Below are positions 11,879 to 24,633 of a DNA stretch of 64,000 bases, piece after piece. Every line of letters starts with the position of its first letter. Within the stretch, counting starts at the first letter, position 1. The notes under the pieces are model-generated. The model was not told the DNA's origin, made no database searches, and saw only the letters and a program-made list of their open reading frames with translations. The DNA lies in NCBI GenBank assembly GCA_965113315.1, contig OZ220377.1; one strand, 5' to 3'. A program made the translations under genes and the position numbers. This DNA comes from Podarcis vaucheri (taxonomy: Eukaryota).

Positions 11879-14800
11879 AGGTACATAATCCACATGGGGG
11901 GAAATACATGATACTTACAGGCTGGCACATTTTAAAATATTGAAGGAAAAGCAACACCCCCTTGCACAATTGAAATAGGTGTTTTATCAAGATTTATATG
12001 ACAGCAATTCACCTATGGCACATCTTATCCTCCATTCTAACACAGATAGTTTTCCACTTTGCAATCCAATCTAACACACAGTTCAGGACCACCAAGCTCC
12101 TGTTCTCACATTGGGAGCTTTGGCAAAATTAAAGCATCAAAAATGCTTGACAGTTAATGAAACAGAAGTTTGAGGCCTGCCCCTTTCATCCTCAATTGCA
12201 TAGCCTACAATGTCTCATTTTAACTGGTGGGGGATTCAAAGGTGTAAAGGAAAGGTCAGAGGGGATGCTAGGATTAAATTGGATGAGCTGTGTGTTAACG
12301 CCTGAAATTTCATGCTCTCCCCAGAATAATCGACTAACCTGTTTCCTCTATGTGTCTGTTTATGTATGGGGGAAATTATGTGAACTTCCGGTTCAAAATT
12401 AAACCGTGCTGAAACCAGAACTTCTGCTCATATGCTGGAAAAAGATTATTAGTCAAGGAACAGTGTTCCGTGTGGACAGTGCAGCTCGCTTTTCCCATCC
12501 AGGGACAGAGATCAGCAGGTAACAAACAAACAAAAATGAAACACAAAGTTCTCAAGCAGTTAAAAGGCGAACAAATATTCAAAGTCAAACAACATCATGT
12601 TGGCTGCAGCTGGAATGGCAAAGTTATGATTAGCAGATGGGCTGGGTGATCACAGCGGGAAATAAAGCAGTTAATGATTAAAAGGTGCACTGCCTCGAAG
12701 TCCAACTCAGTCTAGGCCATCTTCCCAAATGAGCTCCTGGTTTAGCAATGACATTCATGCTGATATATATATATATTCTTAAGGCACTTTACAGTGATGT
12801 CCAGGAACAAATGGCTTCATTTTCAAAAGCAGAAAGTAACACATAGAAGAAGAAGAATGGTTCCCCCACTCCACCCCACCCCACTTTGAAAGGAGGAGGA
12901 ATTACCACCTGATTTGTCTCCTTGGGGTAAAAACACTAAGGGACAGATCAAAAATAACCTGCCAGAAATTCTGTAGGTCCCACAAGTGACAGAGGGGACA
13001 AAAGGAGTCAGTTTGCTAACAATACTATGGCATATCCCGTCCACAAAGCCACTAGTTCATGTAAAAACAACAACACAAGAGTGAATCAATTGTCTGTCCG
13101 GTCTTAAAGAGCAGTGACAAACTTAAAATTTGCTGAGGATGTGGAGTAAAAATAATAATAGAAGCATGTCCCCCATTTCTCAGCATCTCCCTTCTTTCCC
13201 TCCCACCACCCCATCTATATGTATACCAACTATGTGTTTGCTTTTCAAATATAATCCAAACATTGTAACTGGGGAAAGAGTAGCCCAGCTGCAGGAAAAC
13301 TGCATTCTAAGTATCAAGTTGCTTTTTATCTCAAGTGTTAGAAACTCTTTATAATAAAAATAAACATAACCAGATACCAAATACATTAATATTTTGTCAT
13401 GGATGATGTTCTCTTACAAAGTGGGGTGGAGGTGGCATTGTCTATCCCTTTGGATATCAGTCATTTAACATGGTCAATGTAAAAGAACTACCCACCCCCC
13501 TAACAAGCCAGCCTCTGAGACAGCTGGGCAATATTAAGTTGAAACAGTGGCATTCAAACTCCTCGGTGGCACATTCTAATCCATTCAGATGGCTTCTCTC
13601 CAACTTAAAATTGTTCACTGAGTGTGACAGACTGGGGGGTTTAAAAACTAATCCATAAAATTAGTCCACAGTCTCTAACAGAATGGGTTCCGTAAATGAA
13701 AATCCAAGGACAGTTTTTTTTTTTTAAAAAGTCCTAAATCTGTTGCCAGCCTATAGAGTCCAGGCAACTTAACTGCTCCTGCTTTGAGAAACTATGCTTT
13801 CCCCCAGAGTAGTAACTGTTTGTATAATTATCACCTACCTGAGATGCCATGCTGCAATCAAAGCATGCTATTAAGACATAATCTTGCATTTATTTGTTTT
13901 TTAAAAAGAAGAAAAAGCGGGTAGAATTTGCACACAGAGCTGAAAGAGCTGCCGTTCTGGGTCAAGATTATCGAGCTCAAGCACCCTATGGCTGGACGGG
14001 CATTTGCCCCTGGGATGCTTAGAAGAATGCATGATGGAAACAGATCTATAGGTGACTGTAAAAAGCAGGACACAGTCAAAATCTTCCATTTATTCCCACC
14101 TGCTTCAGCTCCTTCGATCTGCATTATGTTTCAGTTAAACTAGACAACTGCAGGATTTGCAGGGCAGAAAGAACACAGAAGCAGGGATGTAACAGGCCTA
14201 GACAGAGCGAGCGGAACCACCCTGAAAGGAAGGGGGCAGGAGGTGCCCTGTCTCACGTTGCTGCCGGAAGAAGAGCACACTATGCAAAACAGCACTTCCA
14301 AGCGAGAGCGTTGGAAGTGGCGCTTTGTACAGCGTCCTGCTTGTACTACACCCACGAGATAGCTTCATTTGCGGACCAGATGTTTCACAAAAATAATCAG
14401 GATCCGTTTAGTAGTTTTGTGTAGCATAGAAAATTATTTTTTGAAGCATGGAACTGCATACTGGGCAGAGATTTAACGCTTCATTCCACACAGCTCTCCA
14501 TCCAGGCCTCCAGCCTAGTGAAATGAAGCATCCTTGAGTGAACATGCAAAAGCACCTTAGCGCTGGCATTGGGGGAAACAAAAAGCAATTTTAATCAAAG
14601 GTCACCCAATCCCAGCTGGAATGTCTCCTGTGCAAGTCCCAACACAGCAAATAGGAGTTGCACAATGAACCTAGAAGAATTGCCCCCCCTTTTTTTGTAG
14701 GGGAGAGGGGTACGATGAAGCTAGTTCAGTGTACCCAACATTTGCTGTCCTCAGCAGCTGATCCAAGAGGACAGGTGGGACCAATCCTGTTGACACAGCT

Positions 14801-15337
14801 GACTGACCAGAAGTGGGGTAGCAGAAGCCAAGGTAAACTGTACATTTCTTTTACAACTCCAGGAGCTTCCAGGTATGCTAGGAATGAAATGGGAAGCCAT
14901 CAGAATACATGGAAGCTTAATATTACTCAAGCTGCCTTTCCCCCTTCAATTCGAGAAGTTTTCTTTCAATGCATAAGTGAAACTGGTTTCCTCAGAGCAA
15001 GGGTTTGATTCCATAAAAAGGAAAAAAATGCTCTTGCTGGTTCTTGGCTGTGCACTGGCAGCAGAAACAGCTTCTCCTACTTATTTCTTCCCAGGTGTAG
15101 GGGGCTCTACCTCCTCCTCTCTTCCCTTTTAATGTGGTCACACAGTGGATGAAAATGTCAGGAGATCGCAACATCAACTCTAAATTAACTTGACATTTTA
15201 CCAGAGACACAAGGAAGCCTCCACAGAAAGCCAAGATGATACAATAAATAATTTGCGGGAACTGAAGGTTATGCCAGTCTGTGAAATGCTCCTGGGAACC
15301 AAACGCCTGTCTCGGGGGATGTAGAAAGGCCACCTTT

Positions 15338-15481
15338 GCAGCCTTCACCAAGCTGGTGCCCTCCAGATGTTTTGGACTACAACAGCCATCAGTCCCAGCC
15401 AGCAGGGGCGTAAGATGACCTCGGGGCTGATGGCAGCCACAAACCAAACCATCTGGAGGAAACAAGCTTGGCCAACCTGCT
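15338..15481. mobile_element. Short palindromic MITE-like repeat
   Basis: Inverted arms ctccagatg...catctggag with a ggactacaac core. Confidence 0.55.
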
Positions 15482-16661
15482 GTGGAGAAGGAAACGTGCC
15501 ACACCGCAAAATTCAGTCTGGCAGAAGAACAGTGGTTGCTTCTCCTGAATTTCTGAAAAATGGGAAGGAGTGTTTCCAAACATTTACGTCCATTAAATAT
15601 TTGTAGTGCAAATATGCACAAAAAACTCTCAAACAAATTTATCCACGTCTCACAACCAAAAAGAAGAAGAAGCTTGAGTCAAATGTCTGAAGCAAGGTTT
15701 TGATAACGCTAATGTGATTCTTCCCTTGTATATTGTGACAGTAAGCACCAAATTAAAAGGTGACGTGAGCAGGTTTGGGCCTCCAATGAGTCAAATGCGG
15801 GGTTGTGTTGGGTCAAATATAACATTTTAGACAGGCTGGCACTAATTTGATTTACAAGACATTCAAATACTTATTTTAGATCCTCGGGTGAAATACCTCA
15901 AGTCCTTTGCTGAAGTACATCTCTAAAAACATAGGAAAAGCCTGCAAGATGAAACCCAGGTGGGCCCATCTATTCCAACATCTGGCAGCTAGCCACAATG
16001 GAAGACCTGAAGTTCCCCAAAAGCCTGCAAGAAGTTCATGAAAGCAATAACTCTCTGCCACTGGTGCTCCTCTGCCACCATGCCCAATACCCAATGACAG
16101 ACCAATTGTCCTCCAGGAATTTGTCTAATTCTCCCTTTAAAGCTCATCTTGCAACAGCAGATTCCACAAATTAATGATGCATTCTCTGAATCTATTGCCC
16201 ATTAATTCCACTGCATCTGTTGTTTAAAGTGGGGGGAGGAAGACTAGTACATGAACATTTTTGTAACCTTCTTGCTGTCTTAACACCACGCCATCTCAGT
16301 CTGGTTTTTTGTTTTTTTTAACACCATAATGTTGTTTTACAGGAAGGAAAACAGATAACATGTTCAGGCTGTGAGTGAGAGTGAGTTTTGGAGGAATCAC
16401 GAAGTTGCTTGTGATTGTGCTGGTGCCCCTGCTGAAGACATAATGGAATCTCCATCCTAGGCATGATCCAACATGCCAGTTCCAGCACTAGGGACTCCAT
16501 AGGAAGATGCTGAAGATGTCTTTTGTTCTATTAGCACAGAAACCAAGAGACAAACAGGGGAGGCTGCAAGCCCATGCCTGCAGTTGCAACACATGCACAT
16601 GCACCAATGTACTTGGGTGGAAGAACAATTGGTCTATCAGAGGAGGAGGAGGAAAGATAAA

Positions 16662-16665
<4 letters not shown>

Positions 16666-16694
<29 letters not shown>
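16666..16694. repeat. (CA)n microsatellite
   Basis: Direct reading. Confidence 0.95.
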
Positions 16695-18814
16695 ATGTGC
16701 TTTGCCCCAAAGAAAAGAAGGGTTTATTTTTAAACAAATATTAAGAACTTTTTAATTATCTTGCAGAAAATAACAGCTGTCCAAATGGAACATTTCAAGG
16801 GAAGACTCCAGGGGCAATTTAAATTATGCAGCTTGCTCTGCCATATCATATTGTATGTCTTAATGAATAAAGCCACAAGGACATTTTTGAAGTGATATAA
16901 AAGGGTGGTGGGTTTTTTTATGGGGTTGGGGGGAAGCGGTGCTGCTTGCCAGGGAGAGGGCCAAACACAAAACGAATGGAACCCGTGATAGACAAAGGGA
17001 TACCCAGTCAAATTATCACATGACATGCTGGGAAACAGATCTCTAGTTAGGGGAAACTTGGTGGGGAGAGCATGAAGCATCCAGAGACTAGCCATCAAAG
17101 GCCAATGGAAAAATCATTCTTAATTACAATGTGGGCAAGATTTACTGTGCTTCATCAGCAGTGCTGGAGTTCCTTTGCAGGCACAACTAACTGGGGTCAG
17201 GCTTGAAAGAAGGCATTTGGGACTGATAACTGCAGGCTTCTGGCATAAAACAAATGATATTGCAACTATACTGTTAGATTGCCCCCACTCCAGGGACTAT
17301 GGCAAGGGGCTGCCAAGAACAGTGGGCGCATTATCACCTGCCCATTTTAATTTGAAGAGCTTGGGGCTTTATGAAGGTCACCCATAGCACCCAAGCATGA
17401 ATCTGAGGTAATTTACACCCACTGGACTTTGCAAGCCTCTATGTGTTTGTATATATAGGTTTTAAGCAGGTGGCAATGTGGGAATGGGTAAGAGCAACAG
17501 CAGAAATGATCTGTTGCCCCTTGAGGCTTTTAGGAAAGCATTTTTCCCTGTGACTACTGCATAAAATGTTGGTAATTATGCTAATTTCATTTGGAGAATG
17601 GTTTTCGGTTACACAAACCTTTAGCACGGAAGGAAGAAAATACATTCCTGGAGTTTTATACCGACATTTAATCATTGGTGTTTGGCTGCTGAAGCTTTTA
17701 AGGCTAATGGGTGGCTCTAAAGTACTACAGAATGCAGCGAGAGAACGGAAATTCATTTCTGTACCCATTTGTCAGGCAATAATATACAAGGCAAATTTAA
17801 GCAGGCAGCCTACTCTCTTGCGGAAAAGGAGAAGGAGGGGGGCATTCGGTTCTCTAACCTTTCATCTGTTTGAAGAGAGAGAGCCCAAGTTAAATTCCAT
17901 GCAGGAAGATATCAAGCCTTCAGGATAAGATAAATACGTACGCAGCTTGTCTGCTAAGACACAGCAACTCTGCAAGATCCCATCCATCACGGAAAAGGGG
18001 GAGAAGAATGAAAGAAGGGATTTGACAAAGTTGTCCTAGTGGCAATCTCAGCTTAACTATGCCTCAGTGCCAGATCATTTGTTACCACCACAAGGGCACT
18101 TTGTGCCTAGGGAAGATGTAGCTCTTGAGAAACTGTATGCAGAAGATATAAAATGGCTGGTGCGTGGATGAAACGCCTTGAGTTAAAGCAAAGGGTCCAG
18201 AATTACCCTCTGAGGAGGCCTGACGTTGGCTTAAAGAAGAGGGGTGGGGTGGGGGAAAACAGTTGCTTAAATCCAACTAAAAGCCAGGGATTACCTGTGG
18301 CCACAATCAGGAGCCTCATTTGGTCCCATTCACTGTTTTGATCTTCTGCTGAAAGAGCAAAGCATAAAATACCAAAACCCACATTTCAACAAAGATGTCT
18401 ACTACTTACCTGAGTTTTGGAACCCATTATGCTGACAGGCCCTAAGCTAGCACCATTATATCTACTTTGAAGTGCGCAAATGATCCGAAGCCCTCCAACT
18501 CATTTGTATAGAAGGACTGCAACATTTTTATTAATCGGTATTTAATACCTTTAATTGCCTAAAATGCCATCAGCTAAAAAAAGAAGAACCAAATATATTT
18601 AATGTAAGTGCTTATAAAAACTGCAGAGGGAAATTACACCAGCTGAAAAGAGGCAATGTCCATTCTCTTGGACATATAGGAGGAAATGCGTGCTGTGACA
18701 CACACACTTGTTATCTAGGAAGAAAGAGATTTTTGCTTCATAAATATAGTTTTCACCCATATGTGAGTTTATGAAACATTAATCAATGGACAACTCATAG
18801 GAGTAATCAATTAA

Positions 18815-18822
<8 letters not shown>

Positions 18823-18846
<24 letters not shown>

Positions 18847-18877
18847 ACACACACACACAAATTAACACACACACACA
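18823..18877. repeat. Interrupted (CA)n microsatellite
   Basis: Direct reading. Confidence 0.9.
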
Positions 18878-21194
18878 AGGAGCCTGTGGATTCTGGGAAG
18901 ATGGAAGATTCCAATTCATCAGAAGAGTCTTACAGGGGAAAGGGTCTGTTGGGTTCCTGATTGTGGCTGAAGGTAATATAAAGAGTGATGTGGAAAAAAG
19001 AGGAAGGGAAGGACACACCACACAGCCAATCACGAAGAAGATTGCATCTTATCCGCAACATTTCCTGCAATGAAACTGAGCCATATTACCAGCTTATGTG
19101 GAATTAGACTGATAAAGCTTAAAAAGAAGGGGGAAATACTTCTAAAAAAACAAAAAACAAACAAAAAATTACAAACAAAATTAGCAGCACCCAGAGGGAA
19201 ATGTTGTGAAATTAAAATCCACATAATTGGCATGGAAATGGCATAAAGAAGTAGTCTTATTATATTCATAGATGACAGCAACCATAGAAGCAAACAGACG
19301 GGTGAAGAAGAGGGATAAGTCAGTTCTTTAAAAGAATCCCATTGGTTTCAGCTGGTTTTAAAGAAAAACTGAGGAGCCAGAGCCTAACAAAGAGGAACAA
19401 CAAAATGATGGATAAGAAGCTGTCAGTGACTAGTCATCTTCCTCCTACTTCCCGGTGTCCCTCAGAGGTTGGATGGTGCTGCAGAGAGAGCTAATTTACA
19501 GACAATTCCCCCACCCATCCAAATACTGCTGGCCAGAGCTTTATTACTGTCTTTCCCCATGTGAGCAAGAGAATCCTTCCCTATCATTCCAACTTACATT
19601 ATTTTTACTCTGAGTTTTAAAAAGCACTCTGCTTCGCTGTCCAGCACCAACTTGGGTGCAGTTTTTAATGCACACATATTTTGCTTTGAGCACTTATTCC
19701 TGAAGGAGAGTTTAGCTTGATACCCAGTCGCCCTAAGATGTCCTCTCCCATCGAAGTTACATTTTCAATTTTAGGTGGTGACAAAACAAAGCAGGATGAA
19801 TGTCTTCTGGTCCGAAACATCAGATGCAAACCCCTAGCCATGCAGAAAAAAAGACCTCATATTACAAACCCCCATAAGTCGAGATTCTACCCTGAGGTCA
19901 TGGCAAGACCTCCTATGAACACAGAGTCTTAAGGAGTGAGTGGGGGGAAGTTAGTCGAGTCTGAACATCTATTAGGGATTATAAAAGCAATACAGTTGCC
20001 ACAACTTAACTTGCCTCCCATGAAAGACACCTCACACCATGATGGTTTAAACTCAGGAAGTCACTTCACATGAAAGTGAGCTCTTCTCTTCATCAGGTAG
20101 CCTGCTGAGACCCTCCACCCTTCAAACTGCATTTATCTGGAGTCTTCAAGTCTGCTCCTTGCACAGCTTTATAAGGCACATGTTGAGGTTAACCTGTGGA
20201 CCACCATCACAAAGTGCTAGAAGGTAAATGGTGGGTCAGTGTGTGGGCAGACCCACTCCATAATGCTGCAGACAAAACAAACCACTCAGGCACTCTGAGA
20301 ACACACAGAAACCTATAGGAGCTTTGGTTTCTTAAGATCCTGGAAGGAGAAAAATGTAATGAGGCAAAAGGCTAGACAAGGCAACAGAAAATGATAGCTA
20401 AGGCACACTGGAAGGAAAGTTTTTTGTTATTTGTACAGATCCATTAATTCTGAATCTCTGGGAAAGCAAAGCGGAAGACAGGGACATAAAGAGAGTGAAG
20501 GCACAACAACTGCCTTGAAGGTGAATGGCAAACTTCGCGTTAAGCAAAGGGGAGATTGTAACAAGATCAAAGGCTGCCTGTGAAGAGAGTAGTGCAGTCT
20601 CACCTTCCGTACAGGACTCTGTCTGGCATCTCTTCATATCGAAATAAAAATAAAAAAGCTGCAACAGAAGCATCCAGGGGGTGGTGATGACAATGGAAGA
20701 TGGGTTTGGCAACCATGCCCGGTTATCAGAAGAGGGAGAGAGCAGCTCACAGGAAGGGGTGGGTGGTACAAATGATGTTTGATGGCGGTTGACTGTGTAG
20801 AATGTATCTTGGCTCAAAGTGATGGGTGGGAAGGCAGGGCAGGGATTTAAAATTCAGAGGGAACTAGTTTAGAAAGCGTCAGGAAGCAGCTCTGTTTGTG
20901 TACGCTGTGCTGATGGCTGCAGGATACTGAAGCTGATTATGATAACTGAAAATCAAAACGAAATTAATTGCCTAGTATAAAGAAAGATGCTTGCAAATAT
21001 ACTACCGAAGCCAAAGTTCAAAGTGAGAATCAGTGCTTTACGTTTTAAAGCATGAATAACTCAAACTGGGGGTGGGGGGCGCTGGGCAATGCTAATTTAT
21101 GGACTCCCTGAGCAGGATGTTTGAGACTTCAGGGACCTCCATTATCAGAGGATCATTTATTGGTGGGCCCCACTTTCCAGTGCTAGCAAAACAA

Positions 21195-21199
<5 letters not shown>

Positions 21200-21242
<43 letters not shown>

Positions 21243-21597
21243 TTTTTATTTATTATTTATACCCCACGCATCTGGCTGGGTTTCCCCAGCCACTCTGGGC
21301 GGCTTCCAAAAGAATATTAAAATACTGTGATACATCAAACATTAAAAGCTTCCCTAAACAGGGCTGCCTTCAGATGTCTTCTAAAAGTCTGGTAGTTCTT
21401 GTTCTCTTTGACCTCTGGTGGGAGGGCGTTTCACAGGGCGGGTGCCACTACCGAGAAGGCCCTCTGCCTGGTTCCCTGTAACTTGGCTTCTTGCAGTGAG
21501 GGAACCGCCAGAAGGCCCTCGGTGCTGGACCTCAGTGTCCGGGTAGAACGATGGAGGTGGAGACGCTCCTTCAGGTATACAGGACCGAGGCCGTTTA
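21200..21597 (-). mobile_element. 5'-truncated, relatively young L2-clade LINE (RT C-terminus, 3' UTR and (ATT)n tail)
   Basis: ORF 21431..21667 reads NGLGPVYLKERL...RTLRSSTEGLLAVP...QRAFSVVAPAL, typical of an L2 ORF2 end. (AAT)n at 21196-21241 and a probable TSD caaaa(c/g)aaaataa on both sides. Confidence 0.85.
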
Positions 21598-21741
21598 CAA
21601 AAGAAAATAAATTAACAGTAAAAAATGTGGTGACAGCTCCCCTTCTCTCCTCTATCTCCTCCCCCAACCTCTGCCCATCTGCTATTCATAGAAAGTAACA
21701 CACATTTCTGTTTTTATCCATGGTTTATGAAGGTACCGTAC

Positions 21742-21807
21742 CTGTGGTGGTGGCAGGGATGGTAGTGGTTGTGGTTGTTGTGGGTGGAGGGAGAGTTGTG
21801 GGGGGAT
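21742..21807 (-). CDS. CADM1: CADM1 exon 8 (66 nt, phase 1-1 cassette), mucin-like Thr-rich stalk: (D)PPTTLPPPTTTTTTTIPATTT(D)
   Basis: Acceptor tttatctag|AT after a long U-rich tract and donor ACAG|gtacgg. The DPPTTxPPPTTTT start matches CADM1 exon 8. Confidence 0.93.
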
Positions 21808-23313
21808 CTAGATAAAACATAAAAAGGGAAACAGAAAAAAAGCAAATTAAAAAATATGAGCAGAACATAAAACTGGTCAATAAATTAACAAAGAAGCAAA
21901 ATAAAGGATGGCGGTTATACCCTCTTGCACACCCTTATGAAGTAGGTCTTAAGTATCAGGAGAAGAGGGCAGGCTAAAATGCGAGGATGGGACTCCATTC
22001 ATTTGGTGGAGAAGCTCTGGATTAGGATGACTGAAGCAAAGCAACACATTTCCCTGCCCTCAAACATTAGGACAAATTGGTGGCAGTGGGGTGGGGAGAA
22101 GCAACACACAACACAAAATTAGTCATTGATACGTGAGTGACATGGTATGGGAAAAGCCTGTGGGGGGGGGGAACCAATACAAATGAAAAACAACAACACA
22201 AAGCAAGTAAAAAAGTTGCATGTTTTCTATGGCTAAGAGGACGGTTTGCAATGTATTAAGAACAATAATGCTTTGTCTTTATTCTGTCTTAAAAAATAAT
22301 AATCTAAAAATTAGGGGCTAGGAGTGGGGCAGGCGAGAGATACCCTGCTGCGCTTAACAGACTAAATATCAACAGCAGATGAGTACGTCTTTCCCTCTGC
22401 CTTTCTCCAGAGCAGTTAACTTCATTATTCTCCCTCCATCAATACATCCCAGCAGGATATAAAACTACTTCTAAGCCAGTAATAAATACAAAAGGGAACG
22501 AGAATGTCACGACTAAATATCAAGTTGGATGCATGGAAGATTTTAGTGAGATTTCTTTTAAAATAAAGTCAATGTCTTTGTGACTTATAAATATTAATGC
22601 TCTGTCTGGGCTCACAGATTTTCCTCCTGTTTAATATATCACATCCCTTAATGGTCCCAACAGATAAAGATGAAGGGGATTTCTCCCTCCGCCATTAAAA
22701 AAAAAAGAAAAGAGGTAGGTGGGGGAGCACCATGTATAGAAGACGCTTGACCTGCAAAAGCCAACAGCAAACAATCTCAAGAAGCATCAAATATTTATCC
22801 AGAAGAGACAGCATCACGACTTCATAAAAAGTTACTGGGTGGAGGGAAGAAAAAGGGAGAGGGGGGGGGAACCCACCACATATCTGTGCCCAAATGATCA
22901 AACTGAATGTGTTAAGTAGAGCACCAGACTTTGAACTCAGGAATGAATCCACAATAATGGAGCATGAAACAGTTCGGAGGCTTTTGATTTTAAATTTTAT
23001 CTCGAGCATGTCAAACTTCTCATCATTGACACATCTGCTACTCTTTCATCTCCGAGTGAGCTCTCAGATTTTCTAATTAATACATCCAAACTTTAATTAT
23101 GTGCTTCACCTTTATTGTGTTTGGCACAACTTCCTCAGGAGATAGGAAACATCACTTGGGTGCGGCGTCACTGAGTGAGAGAATGTTTGCAACCACCAAG
23201 ATGTCTGGAGCAACTGCAATACCAAGGGGTCAAGGCCTCTGTTTGGGAAAACCTTCAGGCAATCAATTCAGCGCTCACTTAAGTGGTGAAATTAAAGGAG
23301 CTGATGGTCTAGA

Positions 23314-23563
23314 CATGGGGAGGCAAACTAAGGCCCGGGGGCCAGATCCGGCCCAATCGCCTTCTAAATTCAGCCCACGGACGGTCTGGCAATTGCATGT
23401 TTTTACATGAGTAGAATGTGTCCTTTTATTTAAAATGCATCTCTGGGATATGTGTGGGGCATAGGAATTCATTCATTTTCCCCAAAAAATATAGTCCAGC
23501 CCCCCCCATAAGGTCTGAGGGACAGTGGACTGGCCCCCTGCTGAAAACGTTTGCTGACCCCTG
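23314..23563. mobile_element. hAT (Charlie-like) MITE
   Basis: Ends catggggaggcaaact / tttgctgacccctg with subterminal GGCCC motifs; both flanks contain gtctag. Confidence 0.8.
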
Positions 23564-24510
23564 GTCTAGGAATCAGGAATCAGAAGGGTCGGGTGCTCCC
23601 CATGGCACTGGTCTTCATCAGGTAGGTTAGTACCTGTTCCTGAGTTGCAGCCTGATCTGAGATGAGCAGCAACAGTAGCACCACCACCAGTGCACACATA
23701 TATGGTAAAACAGAAAAAGAAATGTGTCCCCCAATGCATGTTCCGGTTGGAAGACTTGGAAGCTAACTAGGGGAACTGGCACAATAACTTTTCCTACAAC
23801 ATCTGACACTTGATAAGAATCGCCTTGCTTGATTGGACTGGAGGTTCATCTAGTCCAATCAAGTATTTAACTATTTCCCTGAAAGCCAAATGTGGCCAGG
23901 GATTACACACAGGAGAGTGAGCTAGCTAGCAGAGAAAGGAAGGATCCTCTACCAGACCACTTGGTTTCTGAGCTATCTCCTTTGAAAGCAGCACAGAAAC
24001 ACAGCAGGCCAGCAGAGAAGGGGTAGAAAGGTCCGTCTCAAGCCTTGTCTGCCAGTAAAAGGCATTTTAAAACTAGTATGCTAAGCTTAATAGAAGCCGC
24101 ATGCTTAAGCTTCCTCTCCTCTCTTGCCAGCATGAAAAACATAAGGTATGTAGCCTCCTAGCAGGCCAGTACAATTTATTTTTATCTAGTTATCTTTTAA
24201 AAAAACAACAACCCAACAACAACTGATCTAATCCTGCATTCACCCTTCAAATGGGGCAAGTCAGATGCTGAAGGTGATGCCCAATCTCTGTGTCCAGGGC
24301 CTGATACTCAGAGTCAGGCTGTCTCTCGTCACAGAGGTGCCATTTTGAGGTAGATCTCTCTCCCCCTTCCACCCAAGAATCTGCTTCAAAATGTCATCAA
24401 GGAATTTACACTTATGTACAGCAACATGTCTGGTGCCTCCCAATCCTGTTGCTAACACATTTATGAAGGATGCAGTTCCCTTTCACACAAACTTTACTTG
24501 GGCTGGGGTT

Positions 24511-24633
24511 ACTTGGAGGTTTTTAAGCAGAGGTTAGACGCCATCTGTCATTGATGCTTTAGCTGAGATGCCTGCATTGCAGAGGGTTGGACTGGATGAC
24601 CCCTGGGTCCCTTCCAATTCTATGATTCTATGA
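24511..24633 (+). mobile_element. CR1 LINE 3' end
   Basis: gggttggactggatgacc...ggtcccttccaa followed by the (ttctatga)2 octamer tail diagnostic of CR1. Confidence 0.88.

Noticed and set aside
14992-15636. 214-aa minus-strand ORF
   Set aside because: Non-ATG start, spans a MITE, no recognisable motif and no convincing splice sites.
20060-20100. CTGATGA cores (here on the minus strand, also near 3714, 23615, 34535, 42470 and 51682) as possible hammerhead ribozymes
   Set aside because: None is followed by a stem II plus GAAA core with pairing arms.
23369-23385. RE1/REST-like motif ttcagcccacggacgg
   Set aside because: One base is missing from the left half-site, the right half is degenerate, and it lies inside a MITE.
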